Of a DNA stretch of 64,000 nt, positions 10,194 to 20,261 are shown one piece after another. The position numbers and the translations under genes are program-made. The DNA comes from a virus (Duplodnaviria > Caudoviricetes). The stretch lies in the IMG/VR virus record IMGVR_UViG_3300049472_000073, positions 1-64,000 of that record. One strand, written 5' to 3'. The notes under the pieces are model-generated. The model had not been told where the DNA came from. It searched no databases and worked only from the letters and a program-made list of their open reading frames with translations. Each line of letters begins with the position of its first letter. Position 1 is the stretch's first letter.

Positions 10194-10361
10194 AGAAGAG
10201 TAAAGTATTGCTCTGTGAGACCCTATAGTATCGTAACAGACCTACAGGCATCAATAGCGGCCTAGCTAATACAACTCAAAACAACCCAACCCTAAACAAT
10301 AACCAATAACTAATTAAAAATATTACGAAATTATACGTAATACAAAGAAAAGAGAAATAAA

Positions 10362-11624
10362 ATGGCTGCTATTCCAAATACAGTTACTAGTTTGAACGGA
10401 TTGTTCAAAACAGTTTACGGTGATTCAGTTGAAAATTTAATCCCAGATGGCGTTACGCTTTTGAACATGGTTCCTATGATCCCTGCTGCTCAACGTCTTG
10501 GTAAAGACTTCCGTTTCCCTGTTATCGTTGCTCAAGAGCATGGTTTCAGTTACGGTGGTACTCAAGGTGAAGCGTTTCAATTAGCTGATCCTATCGCAGG
10601 ACAAGTTCGTGAAGCTCTTGTTGAGTCCTATGAGTTCGTTCTTCGTACTTCGATCTCAGTTGGTGCTGTTTCGCGCTCTATCAATGATAAAGCTGCTTTT
10701 GAACGCGCTACCAAGCTCGTTGTTGCTAACATGGTTCGTTCTTTCGCTAAGCGTATGGAAGCTATCATGTTCTACGGTCAAAAAAATATCGGTGAAGTTT
10801 CTGCTGTTGCAGGTGCTGTTATTGACATCAGTGCTGCTTCTTGGGCTGCTGGTCTCTGGAGTGGTGCAGTTAACATGGAAATCGACATTTTCGACTTGAC
10901 TGGTGCTACTAAGCGTGGAACTTTCAAACTTTCCGCTATCAACATCGAAACTCGTCAATTAACAACCTCTTCCACACCTAACTTTGCTGTTGCTGGCGTA
11001 GTTGCTACCGACGTTATCGTTCACAAAGGTGCTGGATTGAATGCTTCTTTGACCATCGAACCTTCTTTAGAGTTCGCAGGTCTTCAAAGAATCATGGAAA
11101 ATACCGCTAGTTTGTTCGGTATCAACGCTTCTACGTATGACCTCTGGAAAGCTACTCAGTACTCTGCTGGAGCTGCTGATCTTTCTTTCTTGAAGATTCA
11201 AAAAGCAATCGCTTTGGCTGTTGCTAAAGGTCTTGATGAAGACGTTCTTTGCTTGGTATCTCCTGCTACCTGGGCAAAACTCTTGAGCGATCAAGCTGCT
11301 ATGCGCATGTATGACGATAGCTACAAAACCGAAATGACTGAGAACGGATCTAAAGCGATCAAGTTCTATGGCCAAAACGGTGCTATCGAAATCCAAAGCT
11401 GCACATACGTTAAAGAATCATTAGCTTTCTTGTTCCCTAAGAAAGATGCTCTTCTTCGCGTAGGTTCTACGGATGTTACCTTTAAGCGTCCTGGTTACGC
11501 TGATGAGTTCTTCCGTGAATTAGATGATGCTAACGGATATGAGCTTCGCGCTTATGCTGATCAAGCTTTGATGTCTCCTTGCCCGTCCAAATTATTACTA
11601 ATTAACCAAATAGTTAACACGTAA
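10362..11624 (+). CDS. major capsid protein
   Basis: 420 aa after scaffold; strongly biased codons (GCT/CTT/CGT); followed by strong terminator. Confidence 0.85.
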   Translation: MAAIPNTVTSLNGLFKTVYGDSVENLIPDGVTLLNMVPMIPAAQRLGKDFRFPVIVAQEHGFSYGGTQGEAFQLADPIAGQVREALVESYEFVLRTSISVGAVSRSINDKAAFERATKLVVANMVRSFAKRMEAIMFYGQKNIGEVSAVAGAVIDISAASWAAGLWSGAVNMEIDIFDLTGATKRGTFKLSAINIETRQLTTSSTPNFAVAGVVATDVIVHKGAGLNASLTIEPSLEFAGLQRIMENTASLFGINASTYDLWKATQYSAGAADLSFLKIQKAIALAVAKGLDEDVLCLVSPATWAKLLSDQAAMRMYDDSYKTEMTENGSKAIKFYGQNGAIEIQSCTYVKESLAFLFPKKDALLRVGSTDVTFKRPGYADEFFRELDDANGYELRAYADQALMSPCPSKLLLINQIVNT

Positions 11625-11647
11625 GTCATTGTAATAATAAGGTTTTT

Positions 11648-11676
11648 GGCTCTTTCCTTAAAAAAGAGCCTTTTTT
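11648..11676 (+). terminator. intrinsic terminator
   Basis: GGCTCTTT/AAAGAGCC stem plus TTTTTT. Confidence 0.85.
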
Positions 11677-11677
11677 C

Positions 11678-11706
11678 TTGCTTTATATGCCCAAATGAGT
11701 TACTAT
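11678..11706 (+). promoter_or_regulatory. sigma70-type promoter for HNH gene
   Basis: TTGCTT-17 nt-TACTAT; implies true start at ATG 11713. Confidence 0.45.
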
Positions 11707-12534
11707 AAATTCATGTATAAAAATTGTTACGTATGTAAACAACAAAAATCTCTAGATAACTTCGGTAAACGAAAGAACGGTTTACGTTCTGAATGTAAAG
11801 AATGTTCTAGAGAATTATCCAAAGCTTACGTAGAAAAAAATAAAGAAAAAGTTCTAGAAAAAGCGAGAATACATTCAAAAGCCTATGCAGCCACACATAA
11901 AGAAGAGCGCAAAGCCTATAATAAACAGTGGAGAGAAGCAAATAAAGAATATCTATCTTACAAAAATAAACAGTGGAGAGAAAATAACAAAGAGTATGCT
12001 TCAGAAAAAATGAAAGAATGGCACCAAGCTAATAGAGAAGTTTCTCTTCAAAAAATGAGAGAACGAAGAGAAAAAAATAAAGATAGGTATAACGAAACTC
12101 AGAGAAAATATAATCAAAACAATAAAGAACTTTTAAAAGAGAAAAGAAAAGCGAATTACGAAAAAGACAAACAAAAATACTTTGCTAGGGCCACTAAATA
12201 TAAAAAAGAAAGAGCTAAAGTAGATCCTGCGTTTAGAATATCATTGTCTTTAAGGGCCAGACTAAATACTGCCGTTCGTAATAACTACAAAGCTGGTTCC
12301 GCTATATCAGACCTAGGATGCTCTGTTGAAGAGTTAAAAGTATACTTAGAATCTAAGTTTCAGCCTGGTATGAGCTGGGATAACTATGGTAAAAAAGGCT
12401 GGCACATTGACCATATAAGGGCATTGGCTAATTTTGACCTAACTGACAGAGAACAAGTAAAAGAAGCTTGTCATTATACGAACCTACAGCCTATGTGGGC
12501 TTTAGAGAACATTCTAAAAAGTAATAAGAATTGA
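11695..12534 (+). CDS. free-standing HNH homing endonuclease
   Basis: N-terminal CxxC...CxxC, K/E-rich helical repeats, C-terminal WHIDHIRAL...HYTNLQPMWALEN HNH core. Confidence 0.8.
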   Translation: MSYYKFMYKNCYVCKQQKSLDNFGKRKNGLRSECKECSRELSKAYVEKNKEKVLEKARIHSKAYAATHKEERKAYNKQWREANKEYLSYKNKQWRENNKEYASEKMKEWHQANREVSLQKMRERREKNKDRYNETQRKYNQNNKELLKEKRKANYEKDKQKYFARATKYKKERAKVDPAFRISLSLRARLNTAVRNNYKAGSAISDLGCSVEELKVYLESKFQPGMSWDNYGKKGWHIDHIRALANFDLTDREQVKEACHYTNLQPMWALENILKSNKN

Positions 12535-12559
12535 ACATAGGCCGTTTTTGTGTTAAAAT
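12531..12559 (+). promoter_or_regulatory. sigma70-type promoter
   Basis: TTGAAC-17 nt-TAAAAT with extended -10 TG. Confidence 0.55.
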
Positions 12560-12568
12560 AAGAACACA

Positions 12569-12748
12569 ATGTCTAAAAAAGAGTACCCTTTGAATGATGC
12601 TATTGTGGAATATATCTGTACTCATTACAAAGACGCTCTATTAGAAGTAGCTGGTAAGTTTATCGAGACTGGAGTACCTCCAGATATCAAACTAGTCCAA
12701 GAAAACGGCACTTTATACCTAGAAATCACATTTAAGGATACCTTATGA
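12569..12748 (+). CDS. hypothetical protein (59 aa, not in ORF track)
   Basis: MSKKEYPLNDAIVEY...; ATGA overlap with 12745. Confidence 0.6.
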   Translation: MSKKEYPLNDAIVEYICTHYKDALLEVAGKFIETGVPPDIKLVQENGTLYLEITFKDTL

Positions 12749-13839
12749 ACCAATTAAAACGATGGCTAATGTTTTTCTTTATAGGACTACCAGTGCAAAT
12801 TATAGTTTACATTTTGTACCCTTTTGTATCATTATACTTTACATTTTTCATTAAAAAGAAAACTTGGGAACACATAGGAGCTAAGCCTTTTAGGATTTTA
12901 GAGTCAAAAGGTATCGAATTAGAAGATTTACTTAAGGTAAGACCTACTATTCGTGATATGGCTTTCTTAGATAACGATGATACCCACGCTGCTATTACCC
13001 ATTCATCCCTTTGGGGTATGGAAAAGTATCAAGACCTAGCTGGATTTGGCCTAGAGTCACTAGTCCGTGATAATGGGGCTATAAAAAGACGTTATCCTAT
13101 TGATCAAGAGTATCTTCCAGCATCAGGAGACTGTCTAGCTAGCTTTAATTACGCAATGGTCATGTCTAACTACCTAATTCCAAGCCTCGCTGAGAAGGTA
13201 GCAGATCATTATACAAAGAATTGCTTTGGTATGGAGCATTATAATGGCAAAGTCTCAGCTCGTAGCTCTAATAGTGGAGTAAATTTGGTATTTGATGGCT
13301 ACAAAGGTCTTAATTTCCCTGCATTTGGCCCACAGTACTACACAACAGCAGCTACACTTGCTATGGGAGCTAGACTTTCTACTACAAAACTCAAAAGAGC
13401 TATGTATTCAGTAGCTTATTACGCTCATTTTGTACTAATGGGAGGCTGGTTATGGTGGAAAGATCCAATTCTTCACTCTAAAACCGACTTACTTTACTAT
13501 ACTCACCACGTAACTGCTATGAACCTAGCAGTATTGGTGAAGCTGGGCTATCAAAAGAGCCTACACCAGTACGCATTTAGACGTATTTCTAAAGACCTAT
13601 CACCTCATGGTAACTGTAATCCCTTCTTATACGCTCTAGGATTTGATATAGGAGCACTTAATTCACAAGAAGACTACCAGTTAGCTAAGCACACATTACT
13701 CAACATAAGCAATCCTACACCGTTTATGTGGCAAAGGGAGCCTCTAACCAATGAACAATATACTAACCCTCCTCCAGAAGCTACTCAAGACCCTGTTCAG
13801 CTCGCATTTGTCGCAGAACTCCTCCTCAGAAACAAATAA
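12745..13839 (+). CDS. membrane-anchored protein of unknown function
   Basis: 364 aa, N-terminal hydrophobic helix, mainly helical body. Confidence 0.7.
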   Translation: MNQLKRWLMFFFIGLPVQIIVYILYPFVSLYFTFFIKKKTWEHIGAKPFRILESKGIELEDLLKVRPTIRDMAFLDNDDTHAAITHSSLWGMEKYQDLAGFGLESLVRDNGAIKRRYPIDQEYLPASGDCLASFNYAMVMSNYLIPSLAEKVADHYTKNCFGMEHYNGKVSARSSNSGVNLVFDGYKGLNFPAFGPQYYTTAATLAMGARLSTTKLKRAMYSVAYYAHFVLMGGWLWWKDPILHSKTDLLYYTHHVTAMNLAVLVKLGYQKSLHQYAFRRISKDLSPHGNCNPFLYALGFDIGALNSQEDYQLAKHTLLNISNPTPFMWQREPLTNEQYTNPPPEATQDPVQLAFVAELLLRNK

Positions 13840-14287
13840 AGAAGAGGAAATAATGAATAAAAACAGTCCCCTTACCCTAGAAGCTCTACTAACCTCTAGT
13901 AACAGGTATCCTGATAGGGCAAAGCACCCTGATTGTACCGATGAAATCAAGAAAAACGGTGCTTTATTAGTAGAAAAAGTAAATTTATTACTAAATGACT
14001 TAGGTATTGAGAAGGTAGACGTTACTAGCGGATTTAGAACAGCCTCATCTAATGCTAAAGTAGCTAATGCAGCTAAGAAAAGCCTACACATGCGAGGTTT
14101 AGCTCTGGACTGCCTTGATAACAAAGAACAATCACTAGCTAAATTGGTAGATAGTCGTCCCGATTTACTTAAAAAATATGATTTGTGGTTAGAAAACCCA
14201 GATTTCACTAAAGGTAAGAATACAAACTGGGTACATTTAGACATGGGTGTTAGAACTGATAGGCCAAGTAGAAAGTTTAATCCATAA
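13751..14287 (+). CDS. endolysin, peptidase M15 family (alternative start 13853)
   Basis: VTSGFR, SLHMRGLALD (HxxxxxxD) and WVHLD zinc-binding motifs. Confidence 0.88.
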   Translation: MNNILTLLQKLLKTLFSSHLSQNSSSETNKEEEIMNKNSPLTLEALLTSSNRYPDRAKHPDCTDEIKKNGALLVEKVNLLLNDLGIEKVDVTSGFRTASSNAKVANAAKKSLHMRGLALDCLDNKEQSLAKLVDSRPDLLKKYDLWLENPDFTKGKNTNWVHLDMGVRTDRPSRKFNP

Positions 14288-14306
14288 TATGTACATGGGA
14301 GGAGCT

Positions 14307-14420
14307 ATGGTAAAACTAGCTTCTGGAAACTGGGTAATTGTGTTCTATGGTACTGTAATGTCTGTGGAAAATTACCTAGATATGCTTAAAAATAGTGAAA
14401 TTGATCAAGAAGTGTGCTAA
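14307..14420 (+). CDS. hypothetical small protein (37 aa)
   Basis: GGAGG SD before ATG 14307. Confidence 0.4.
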   Translation: MVKLASGNWVIVFYGTVMSVENYLDMLKNSEIDQEVC

Positions 14421-14422
14421 TA

Positions 14423-14432
14423 TAACAAATAT
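14423..14432 (+). promoter_or_regulatory. TAACAAATAT candidate late-promoter motif
   Basis: Exact copy upstream of 14460. Confidence 0.65.
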
Positions 14433-14459
14433 TACTTGAAAGCGTAGGGAAAATGAACT

Positions 14460-14948
14460 ATGAGTGTTATAGTTACAGTTAGTGGCATTGAATTTACTAT
14501 TCCAGAGACAGGTGAGAGAGCCGTAGAAGGTGCATCTAACTGGGGTGATGATACAACCGAATGGATTGTTACAATATCTGATGCAATGTCAGGATTAGTA
14601 GGTCCAGGTGATATCGCTTTAAAAACTAATATCAATCTTGTAAACAATCAGGCAGTCGCAGCTAACGTATTTGGTATGAAATTTGAAAATACAGTTACCA
14701 GATCTGCTGTTCTTGAATGCTCTATCTACAGAGTGACTTCATTAGAAGAACTCTCTGAGATTACTACGCTTTATGTTACATATTATTCTAACTCGAATAC
14801 CTGGGCTATTTCCAATGCAGGAGCAGGTACTTCAGGAATCAACTTCACTATTACCCCTGCTGGACAAGTACAATATACAAGCACTAATATGAGTGGCACT
14901 GGTTATTCAGGTAAACTCGCATTTAGAGCTAGAAGTTATAGACCATAA
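14460..14948 (+). CDS. putative virion/tail accessory protein
   Basis: C-terminal domain paralogous to 24075 (GQxQYTSTN...FRA). Confidence 0.6.
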   Translation: MSVIVTVSGIEFTIPETGERAVEGASNWGDDTTEWIVTISDAMSGLVGPGDIALKTNINLVNNQAVAANVFGMKFENTVTRSAVLECSIYRVTSLEELSEITTLYVTYYSNSNTWAISNAGAGTSGINFTITPAGQVQYTSTNMSGTGYSGKLAFRARSYRP

Positions 14949-14980
14949 AAAATAAACCAGGACAATGAAAGGCAAATAAA

Positions 14981-17900
14981 ATGGCAGACAACAGTTTTCG
15001 CGTAAAAAAGTCACTTAACATCGAACCTAAAGCATCCCCCACCCTTAACGAACAAGGGGACGTAGGATACGATACAGCCGATGATAAATTAAAAGTACGA
15101 GGTAGCTCGACCACTGATTCAGTAGTAACTGAAGCTAAGTCACAACCTCTTACAAACAAAACCATTGACGCAGATCAAAATACCATTACAAATATCGAGA
15201 ACGCTGATATTAAAGCGGCTGCTGGCATTGAATATAGTAAATTAGACTTAGCTGATAGCATTGTTAATGCTGACGTTGCTACTGGTGCTGCTATTGCAGT
15301 AGATAAACTAGCTGCTTTAACTGCTAGTAAGGCGTTACAAAGTAATGCTTCAGGAGTAATCGAAGCTTCTACCGTAACTAATACCGAATTAGGATATGTT
15401 TCTGGTGTTACATCCAGTATTCAAACACAATTAAATAATAAACAGGCTACTGGAGATTATGTTACCGCTTTAACTGGCGATGTAACAGCTACTGGTCCTG
15501 GAAGCGTTGCTGCTACTATCGCTAATGACGCGGTAACTAACGCTAAACTTGCTAACATGTCTACTCAGACCATTAAAGGTCGTACAACTGCTGGTAGCGG
15601 TGATCCTGAAGATTTAAGTGCTTCACAAGCTACCGCAATTCTTGATAACATGGTAGGTGACTCTGGTTCAGGAGGTACTAAAGGATTAGTACCTGCTCCT
15701 GCTGCTGGTGATGCTGCTGCTAATAAATTTTTAAAAGCTGACGGTACATGGGCTACTTCTGGAGCTACCATTACTGTAAAAGATGAAAACGTCAACGTAG
15801 ATACTGCGGTAACTACGCTTAATTTCACTGGAGCTGGAGTAGTCGCTACTCAAACCTCCCCTGGAATAGTCGAAGTGGCTATTGCTGGTGGTGGAGGCGG
15901 TGGTGGAACAGGTGGAGCAGATGATAATTATTTGCTAGACCAGTTAGACCAAGACGAACTCGACATTATTACTGCTGAGTCTGTAAACGCTATTCGTGAT
16001 GACTTCGGAGATTCTGAAAAAGGTACTAAGACTAATACGGTACAGGCTTTGAGCACACTAGCACTTGCTACTGGACAAAACTCTGGTAGCTATGAGCGTA
16101 TTCGTGAGACTTCTACTGTAGTAGGAGCTGCTCGCGGTATTGCTAGACTTCAAGTACAGGCTTTAGCTCCTGACAATAGTGGATTAAGCTCTAACGTATT
16201 CACCTTTAGTGGTGATGTTAGCTCGTATTTCTCTGCTGGTAATACAAAAGTACTTATTTGTAAGAAAATTACTACTGACGGTAACACAGCTCACGTATTC
16301 TTACGTGAAACTGACGATAAAATTGCTCGTTTGACTGCTAGCGCAGTATCTTATAACTCAGGTACTAATAAAACTGATGTAACCATATCTAACGGTGGAG
16401 CTTTAGACCTTGATTTAGACCTAACAGGATCTGAATACGCTGAAAAACTACGAGTCATCCCTATGACTCACGATTTCCAAGTGAAATCTAGAGCACTTTC
16501 TAGTTATGAAACTGCTGATATCGCTGATGCTCATGGATCAACTACTGTAAGTATCCCAGGTCAAGCTGCCTTCTTAGAAGCAATTAACTTTACTGGAACA
16601 GTTTTGCATCATGATGTTAGATTTAGTCCAAATGGTACATATGCAGTTGCTCATATTGCAGAGCAAGTTTCTGGAAACGTACAATGGAGATATTACGGAT
16701 CTTCAAATAAAGGTGTAACTTGGACGTTGTTGGGAAGTAAAGCATATAACTCTACTTCTAATGAACAGTTTAACTTTGTTTGGTCTCTTGCTCATAAAGA
16801 GCAAACTATTGTTGCCGATAATGGAAAATGGTTTGGGTGTTACGCTTATTACAACGGATCTAACCATGATGTAAAAGGTGTATATGGGGATTTGACGCTG
16901 TCCAATTTCCTTGATTCAGCAGCGCAATCTGGAGGAAATCCCGGTGGAGCACTAGGAACTATTGGCTCTGGAAATGTGTCTGTTACTGGTTCGGAAGATT
17001 ATTGTTGGGCCGTAGCCGGAGACCAAACTGACTTAAGTATGGTAGCTGCTTACATACAACAAAACGGTGCCGATTATCATACAATCGTGTATTCAAATGG
17101 CGGTGCTGCGCATTTCGCTACAAAAATAACTACAATGAGTGGTGGTGGGCTAGAGAAGGGCCATGCAATTATGACTGGTTCTTCTGGTTCTAGAAGACTT
17201 TGGTTAACTGCTTATTATACTGCTGGACCAACAGCTAACATTGGTTATCTATCAGAGTCTGAAAATTTCCAGACACTAAGAAACGCTGTAGGGTCTGCAG
17301 GTGCTACTAATATTGCCAACGCAAATTTACCAGACGTTGCACTTCATAATAATAAGTTAATAATTATTTCTAGTGCCAGTAACGTAAATTACTATTACTA
17401 TATAGATAACGCTACTACCGGAACGCCAACAGGCTTGAGTACACAGAAGCAAATATGCCCATTTGGAATAAATAATGATTATTATCTAGGCGCTCCTAGT
17501 TCCACTAGTGCTAATTTCGTAAGACATGCAAATAATCGTATTTATCTAAACAATGATCGTTTGGTTTATGCTACTGATTATTACCACGCTGACGGTGTTC
17601 GCAGAACACACGTTAATGAAATCAGAGATATTACTAGCTATCAGGGTGCTCATATAAACCAAAACTCTGCTAACTATAATCAACAATTTAGACATGCGAC
17701 TACCACTACTAAAATATGCCAAACATTTTTAGCTAGTACTTCTAGAGTTAGAACTATAGCGTTAGCTGCATTACAGTTAGGCACTATTCCAACAGGACAT
17801 ACAATTACTTGCGAGATTCAAACGCTCACTAATCCAGCATCTTCTACAAGTGCTCCAACTGGAACCGTAGTTTCTACTGCTATCGCTACATTAGACCCAA

Positions 17901-19426
17901 GAAGCATAACTAAAAATAGTTCACAAATGGTATTTTTCTCGTTCGATTCTCCAGCACTTACCAATGGTAACTATTATGCTATCGTTTTGTCTGGAACAGC
18001 TACAATAAGCGGTACGAATTACATAGCTTTCACCGCTAGTAATGCTAATCCTTATGCAAATGGTAGCATTGGTCTTTATAACGGTTCCGTATGGGATATG
18101 GCATCCGTAGCTGCTGGAGATTTGCGTTTCCAAGTCTACGGTGATTGGATCTATGACCTATCTCACGAAACTCGTAGTGAATCACAAGAGTACGGTAAGC
18201 AAATCTGGAACCAAGAAGCTACCCTAGCTGCTGTTGACAGTTCTACATTAAGAATGGCTCATAGACGAGCGTTGAACGATCTTGATGTTCAACGTGCTAA
18301 GTCTGGACACGTTTGGAGTAGTTTGATTACTCTTGGGTCTTCTGGAGCGGCTTCTACTTACACAACTCCTGCTCAGATAGGTAGACAATCTAATGCTTAT
18401 GACAAGAACTTAGTATTCTCAGTTATTCCAGGTGTAAATGCTTCAGGTCGTGTAGATAGAACTACTGGAGTAGTTACTGCTGATAGTTTAGCCGAAGTTA
18501 GGGGTGGATTGAGAGATATGAGCGTAAGTTCGTATAGCAACATCACATCGGCTGATTATGTAGCCGAGGCTAATTTTCAAAGCGGAATTGGTTTGGATCT
18601 TGATGGATCGTCAGAGTACGTAACTTACGACAACGCACAATCGCATCAACTCAATAGTGCTTATCCTTTTTGCGTAGAAGCAGAGTTTATAGTTTCTACT
18701 CTAAGTGGAACAAGAACTATCGTATCAACTTATAACGACACGGTAACGACAGGTGGTTGGGCATTAAGTATCAATGATAACGGAGTAGCAGGTAATATTG
18801 CCTTCAACATTGTGAATAATGCCTCTACTTCTATCAACAGATCGGCAAGCGGTACGATAGCAATTAACACTAGATACTGCGCTAGAGCGACCTACGCTGG
18901 AGATGGATCGGCTCCAAGAATTTTCCTAAGCACAACTGGATGGGATGGAACCTTCAATGAAGTTTCTTATGTTGGAGGAACGCAAGCACCGTTTACATTC
19001 TCTACTAATACTACAGGACCATTAAAAATAGGAGCGGCTCAATCAAACAACTCATACGTCAATTTTTTCAGTGGAAAAATAGGCTACGTTAAATTCGCTC
19101 AAGGATCTTCTACTTTTGCTTACGCTGGAGCAAAAGATCAAAGAGCTATGGTAGGATTAGTCAATACTGGAACTAAAGTATTCGCTGAAACAAAAGGTGG
19201 TAACATGTCCAACGCTGATATGAACCAAACCTACGATGAGTTCGGTATGATTGATCCTAATGGCTCTTCAAACGCTATAGTAGATTCTAATGACATCTAC
19301 TTAATGTTTGACCACACTATTGCTGGTACTAAAGGTCAGGTAAACTACCTTAAAGTAAACATGGCAAGAGCTAGTGGTACTGACGTAGGTGCTATTAAAG
19401 GACTGAACTTCAAATTCTCAAAGTAA
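14981..19426 (+). CDS. tail fibre / receptor-binding protein
   Basis: 1481 aa; fibre repeats (VTNAKLA, YSKLDL), poly-Gly hinge, propeller-like middle, LamG/ConA-like domain near C-terminus (LDLDGSSEY...FSGKIGYVKF). Confidence 0.8.
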   Translation: MADNSFRVKKSLNIEPKASPTLNEQGDVGYDTADDKLKVRGSSTTDSVVTEAKSQPLTNKTIDADQNTITNIENADIKAAAGIEYSKLDLADSIVNADVATGAAIAVDKLAALTASKALQSNASGVIEASTVTNTELGYVSGVTSSIQTQLNNKQATGDYVTALTGDVTATGPGSVAATIANDAVTNAKLANMSTQTIKGRTTAGSGDPEDLSASQATAILDNMVGDSGSGGTKGLVPAPAAGDAAANKFLKADGTWATSGATITVKDENVNVDTAVTTLNFTGAGVVATQTSPGIVEVAIAGGGGGGGTGGADDNYLLDQLDQDELDIITAESVNAIRDDFGDSEKGTKTNTVQALSTLALATGQNSGSYERIRETSTVVGAARGIARLQVQALAPDNSGLSSNVFTFSGDVSSYFSAGNTKVLICKKITTDGNTAHVFLRETDDKIARLTASAVSYNSGTNKTDVTISNGGALDLDLDLTGSEYAEKLRVIPMTHDFQVKSRALSSYETADIADAHGSTTVSIPGQAAFLEAINFTGTVLHHDVRFSPNGTYAVAHIAEQVSGNVQWRYYGSSNKGVTWTLLGSKAYNSTSNEQFNFVWSLAHKEQTIVADNGKWFGCYAYYNGSNHDVKGVYGDLTLSNFLDSAAQSGGNPGGALGTIGSGNVSVTGSEDYCWAVAGDQTDLSMVAAYIQQNGADYHTIVYSNGGAAHFATKITTMSGGGLEKGHAIMTGSSGSRRLWLTAYYTAGPTANIGYLSESENFQTLRNAVGSAGATNIANANLPDVALHNNKLIIISSASNVNYYYYIDNATTGTPTGLSTQKQICPFGINNDYYLGAPSSTSANFVRHANNRIYLNNDRLVYATDYYHADGVRRTHVNEIRDITSYQGAHINQNSANYNQQFRHATTTTKICQTFLASTSRVRTIALAALQLGTIPTGHTITCEIQTLTNPASSTSAPTGTVVSTAIATLDPRSITKNSSQMVFFSFDSPALTNGNYYAIVLSGTATISGTNYIAFTASNANPYANGSIGLYNGSVWDMASVAAGDLRFQVYGDWIYDLSHETRSESQEYGKQIWNQEATLAAVDSSTLRMAHRRALNDLDVQRAKSGHVWSSLITLGSSGAASTYTTPAQIGRQSNAYDKNLVFSVIPGVNASGRVDRTTGVVTADSLAEVRGGLRDMSVSSYSNITSADYVAEANFQSGIGLDLDGSSEYVTYDNAQSHQLNSAYPFCVEAEFIVSTLSGTRTIVSTYNDTVTTGGWALSINDNGVAGNIAFNIVNNASTSINRSASGTIAINTRYCARATYAGDGSAPRIFLSTTGWDGTFNEVSYVGGTQAPFTFSTNTTGPLKIGAAQSNNSYVNFFSGKIGYVKFAQGSSTFAYAGAKDQRAMVGLVNTGTKVFAETKGGNMSNADMNQTYDEFGMIDPNGSSNAIVDSNDIYLMFDHTIAGTKGQVNYLKVNMARASGTDVGAIKGLNFKFSK

Positions 19427-19451
19427 CCCACTAGTTTAGACGATGTGGTGC

Positions 19452-19491
19452 CAGCCCTAGTGGACGAAAGTCTGCTGGGGCTGTTGCTTTT
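19452..19491 (+). terminator. intrinsic terminator
   Basis: 14-bp stem with 3 G-U pairs, GAAA tetraloop, then TTGCTTTT. Confidence 0.8.
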
Positions 19492-19495
19492 GTAT

Positions 19496-19524
19496 TTGAC
19501 AGTTTACAGTAGCTAGTTTAGTAT
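19496..19524 (+). promoter_or_regulatory. sigma70-type promoter
   Basis: TTGACA-17 nt-TAGTAT. Confidence 0.65.
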
Positions 19525-19530
19525 AAACTC

Positions 19531-19806
19531 ATGATTAAGTACTCAGATAACTCCGCAGGTTCTATATTTAACCCTCAGTCTACTAGACTTTATAAAGTAA
19601 AATTTGCTGAAAAAGAACTACTAGTACGTGCTGCTGATTTAAGTCAAGCAGAGTATGAGTACGGAGGTATTGAGAGTATTGAGCGTGTAGACGCTGAGCT
19701 ATTCACTCCAGCACAACATACTATTATCTACACAACTTCAGGTGGCACAGAGCTTGCTCAAAACCCTATAACTGAAGAGTGGAGAAAAGGACCTAACTGG
19801 ACATGA
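19531..19806 (+). CDS. hypothetical protein
   Basis: 91 aa, first gene of sigma70 island. Confidence 0.65.
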   Translation: MIKYSDNSAGSIFNPQSTRLYKVKFAEKELLVRAADLSQAEYEYGGIESIERVDAELFTPAQHTIIYTTSGGTELAQNPITEEWRKGPNWT

Positions 19807-20261
19807 GTATACTAAAGCGTAACTATTACGGCCTAGATTTGTCTAAGATCAACGAGAAGTTCACAGGAGACCTTACTTACCTTGGAGATATAAGTACCAA
19901 GGAAGGTGCCTTTACACGCGTTTATTCGGTATTTAAAGCTGCTAATCCTGACCGTAGCCAGGGCCATAAAGAATACATGATGATTTACCATGATGCTGTT
20001 AGTACGAAGTACTTTGTAACTGGTAGAGAAGAAAATCAGTTAGGTAGCCTTGCTAAAATGGAAGGCATAAAGTGTTTAGAGTGCGGTGAAGTACTAGTCA
20101 GTCTAGACAGACACGATTATCAATCTTGTAACTGTGAAAACAGTGCCTCAATAGACGGTGGAAGAGATTACATTAAGCGTGGAGCTAAAGACCTATCTAA
20201 AGTAGCTTTTGTAGAGATTAATTTACTAACAGGCGAGGTATCAGATGTTAAACAGCCATGA
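19803..20261 (+). CDS. zinc-binding hypothetical protein
   Basis: CLECGEVLVSLDRHDYQSCNC...IDGG (CxxC...H...CxC). Confidence 0.65.
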   Translation: MSILKRNYYGLDLSKINEKFTGDLTYLGDISTKEGAFTRVYSVFKAANPDRSQGHKEYMMIYHDAVSTKYFVTGREENQLGSLAKMEGIKCLECGEVLVSLDRHDYQSCNCENSASIDGGRDYIKRGAKDLSKVAFVEINLLTGEVSDVKQP

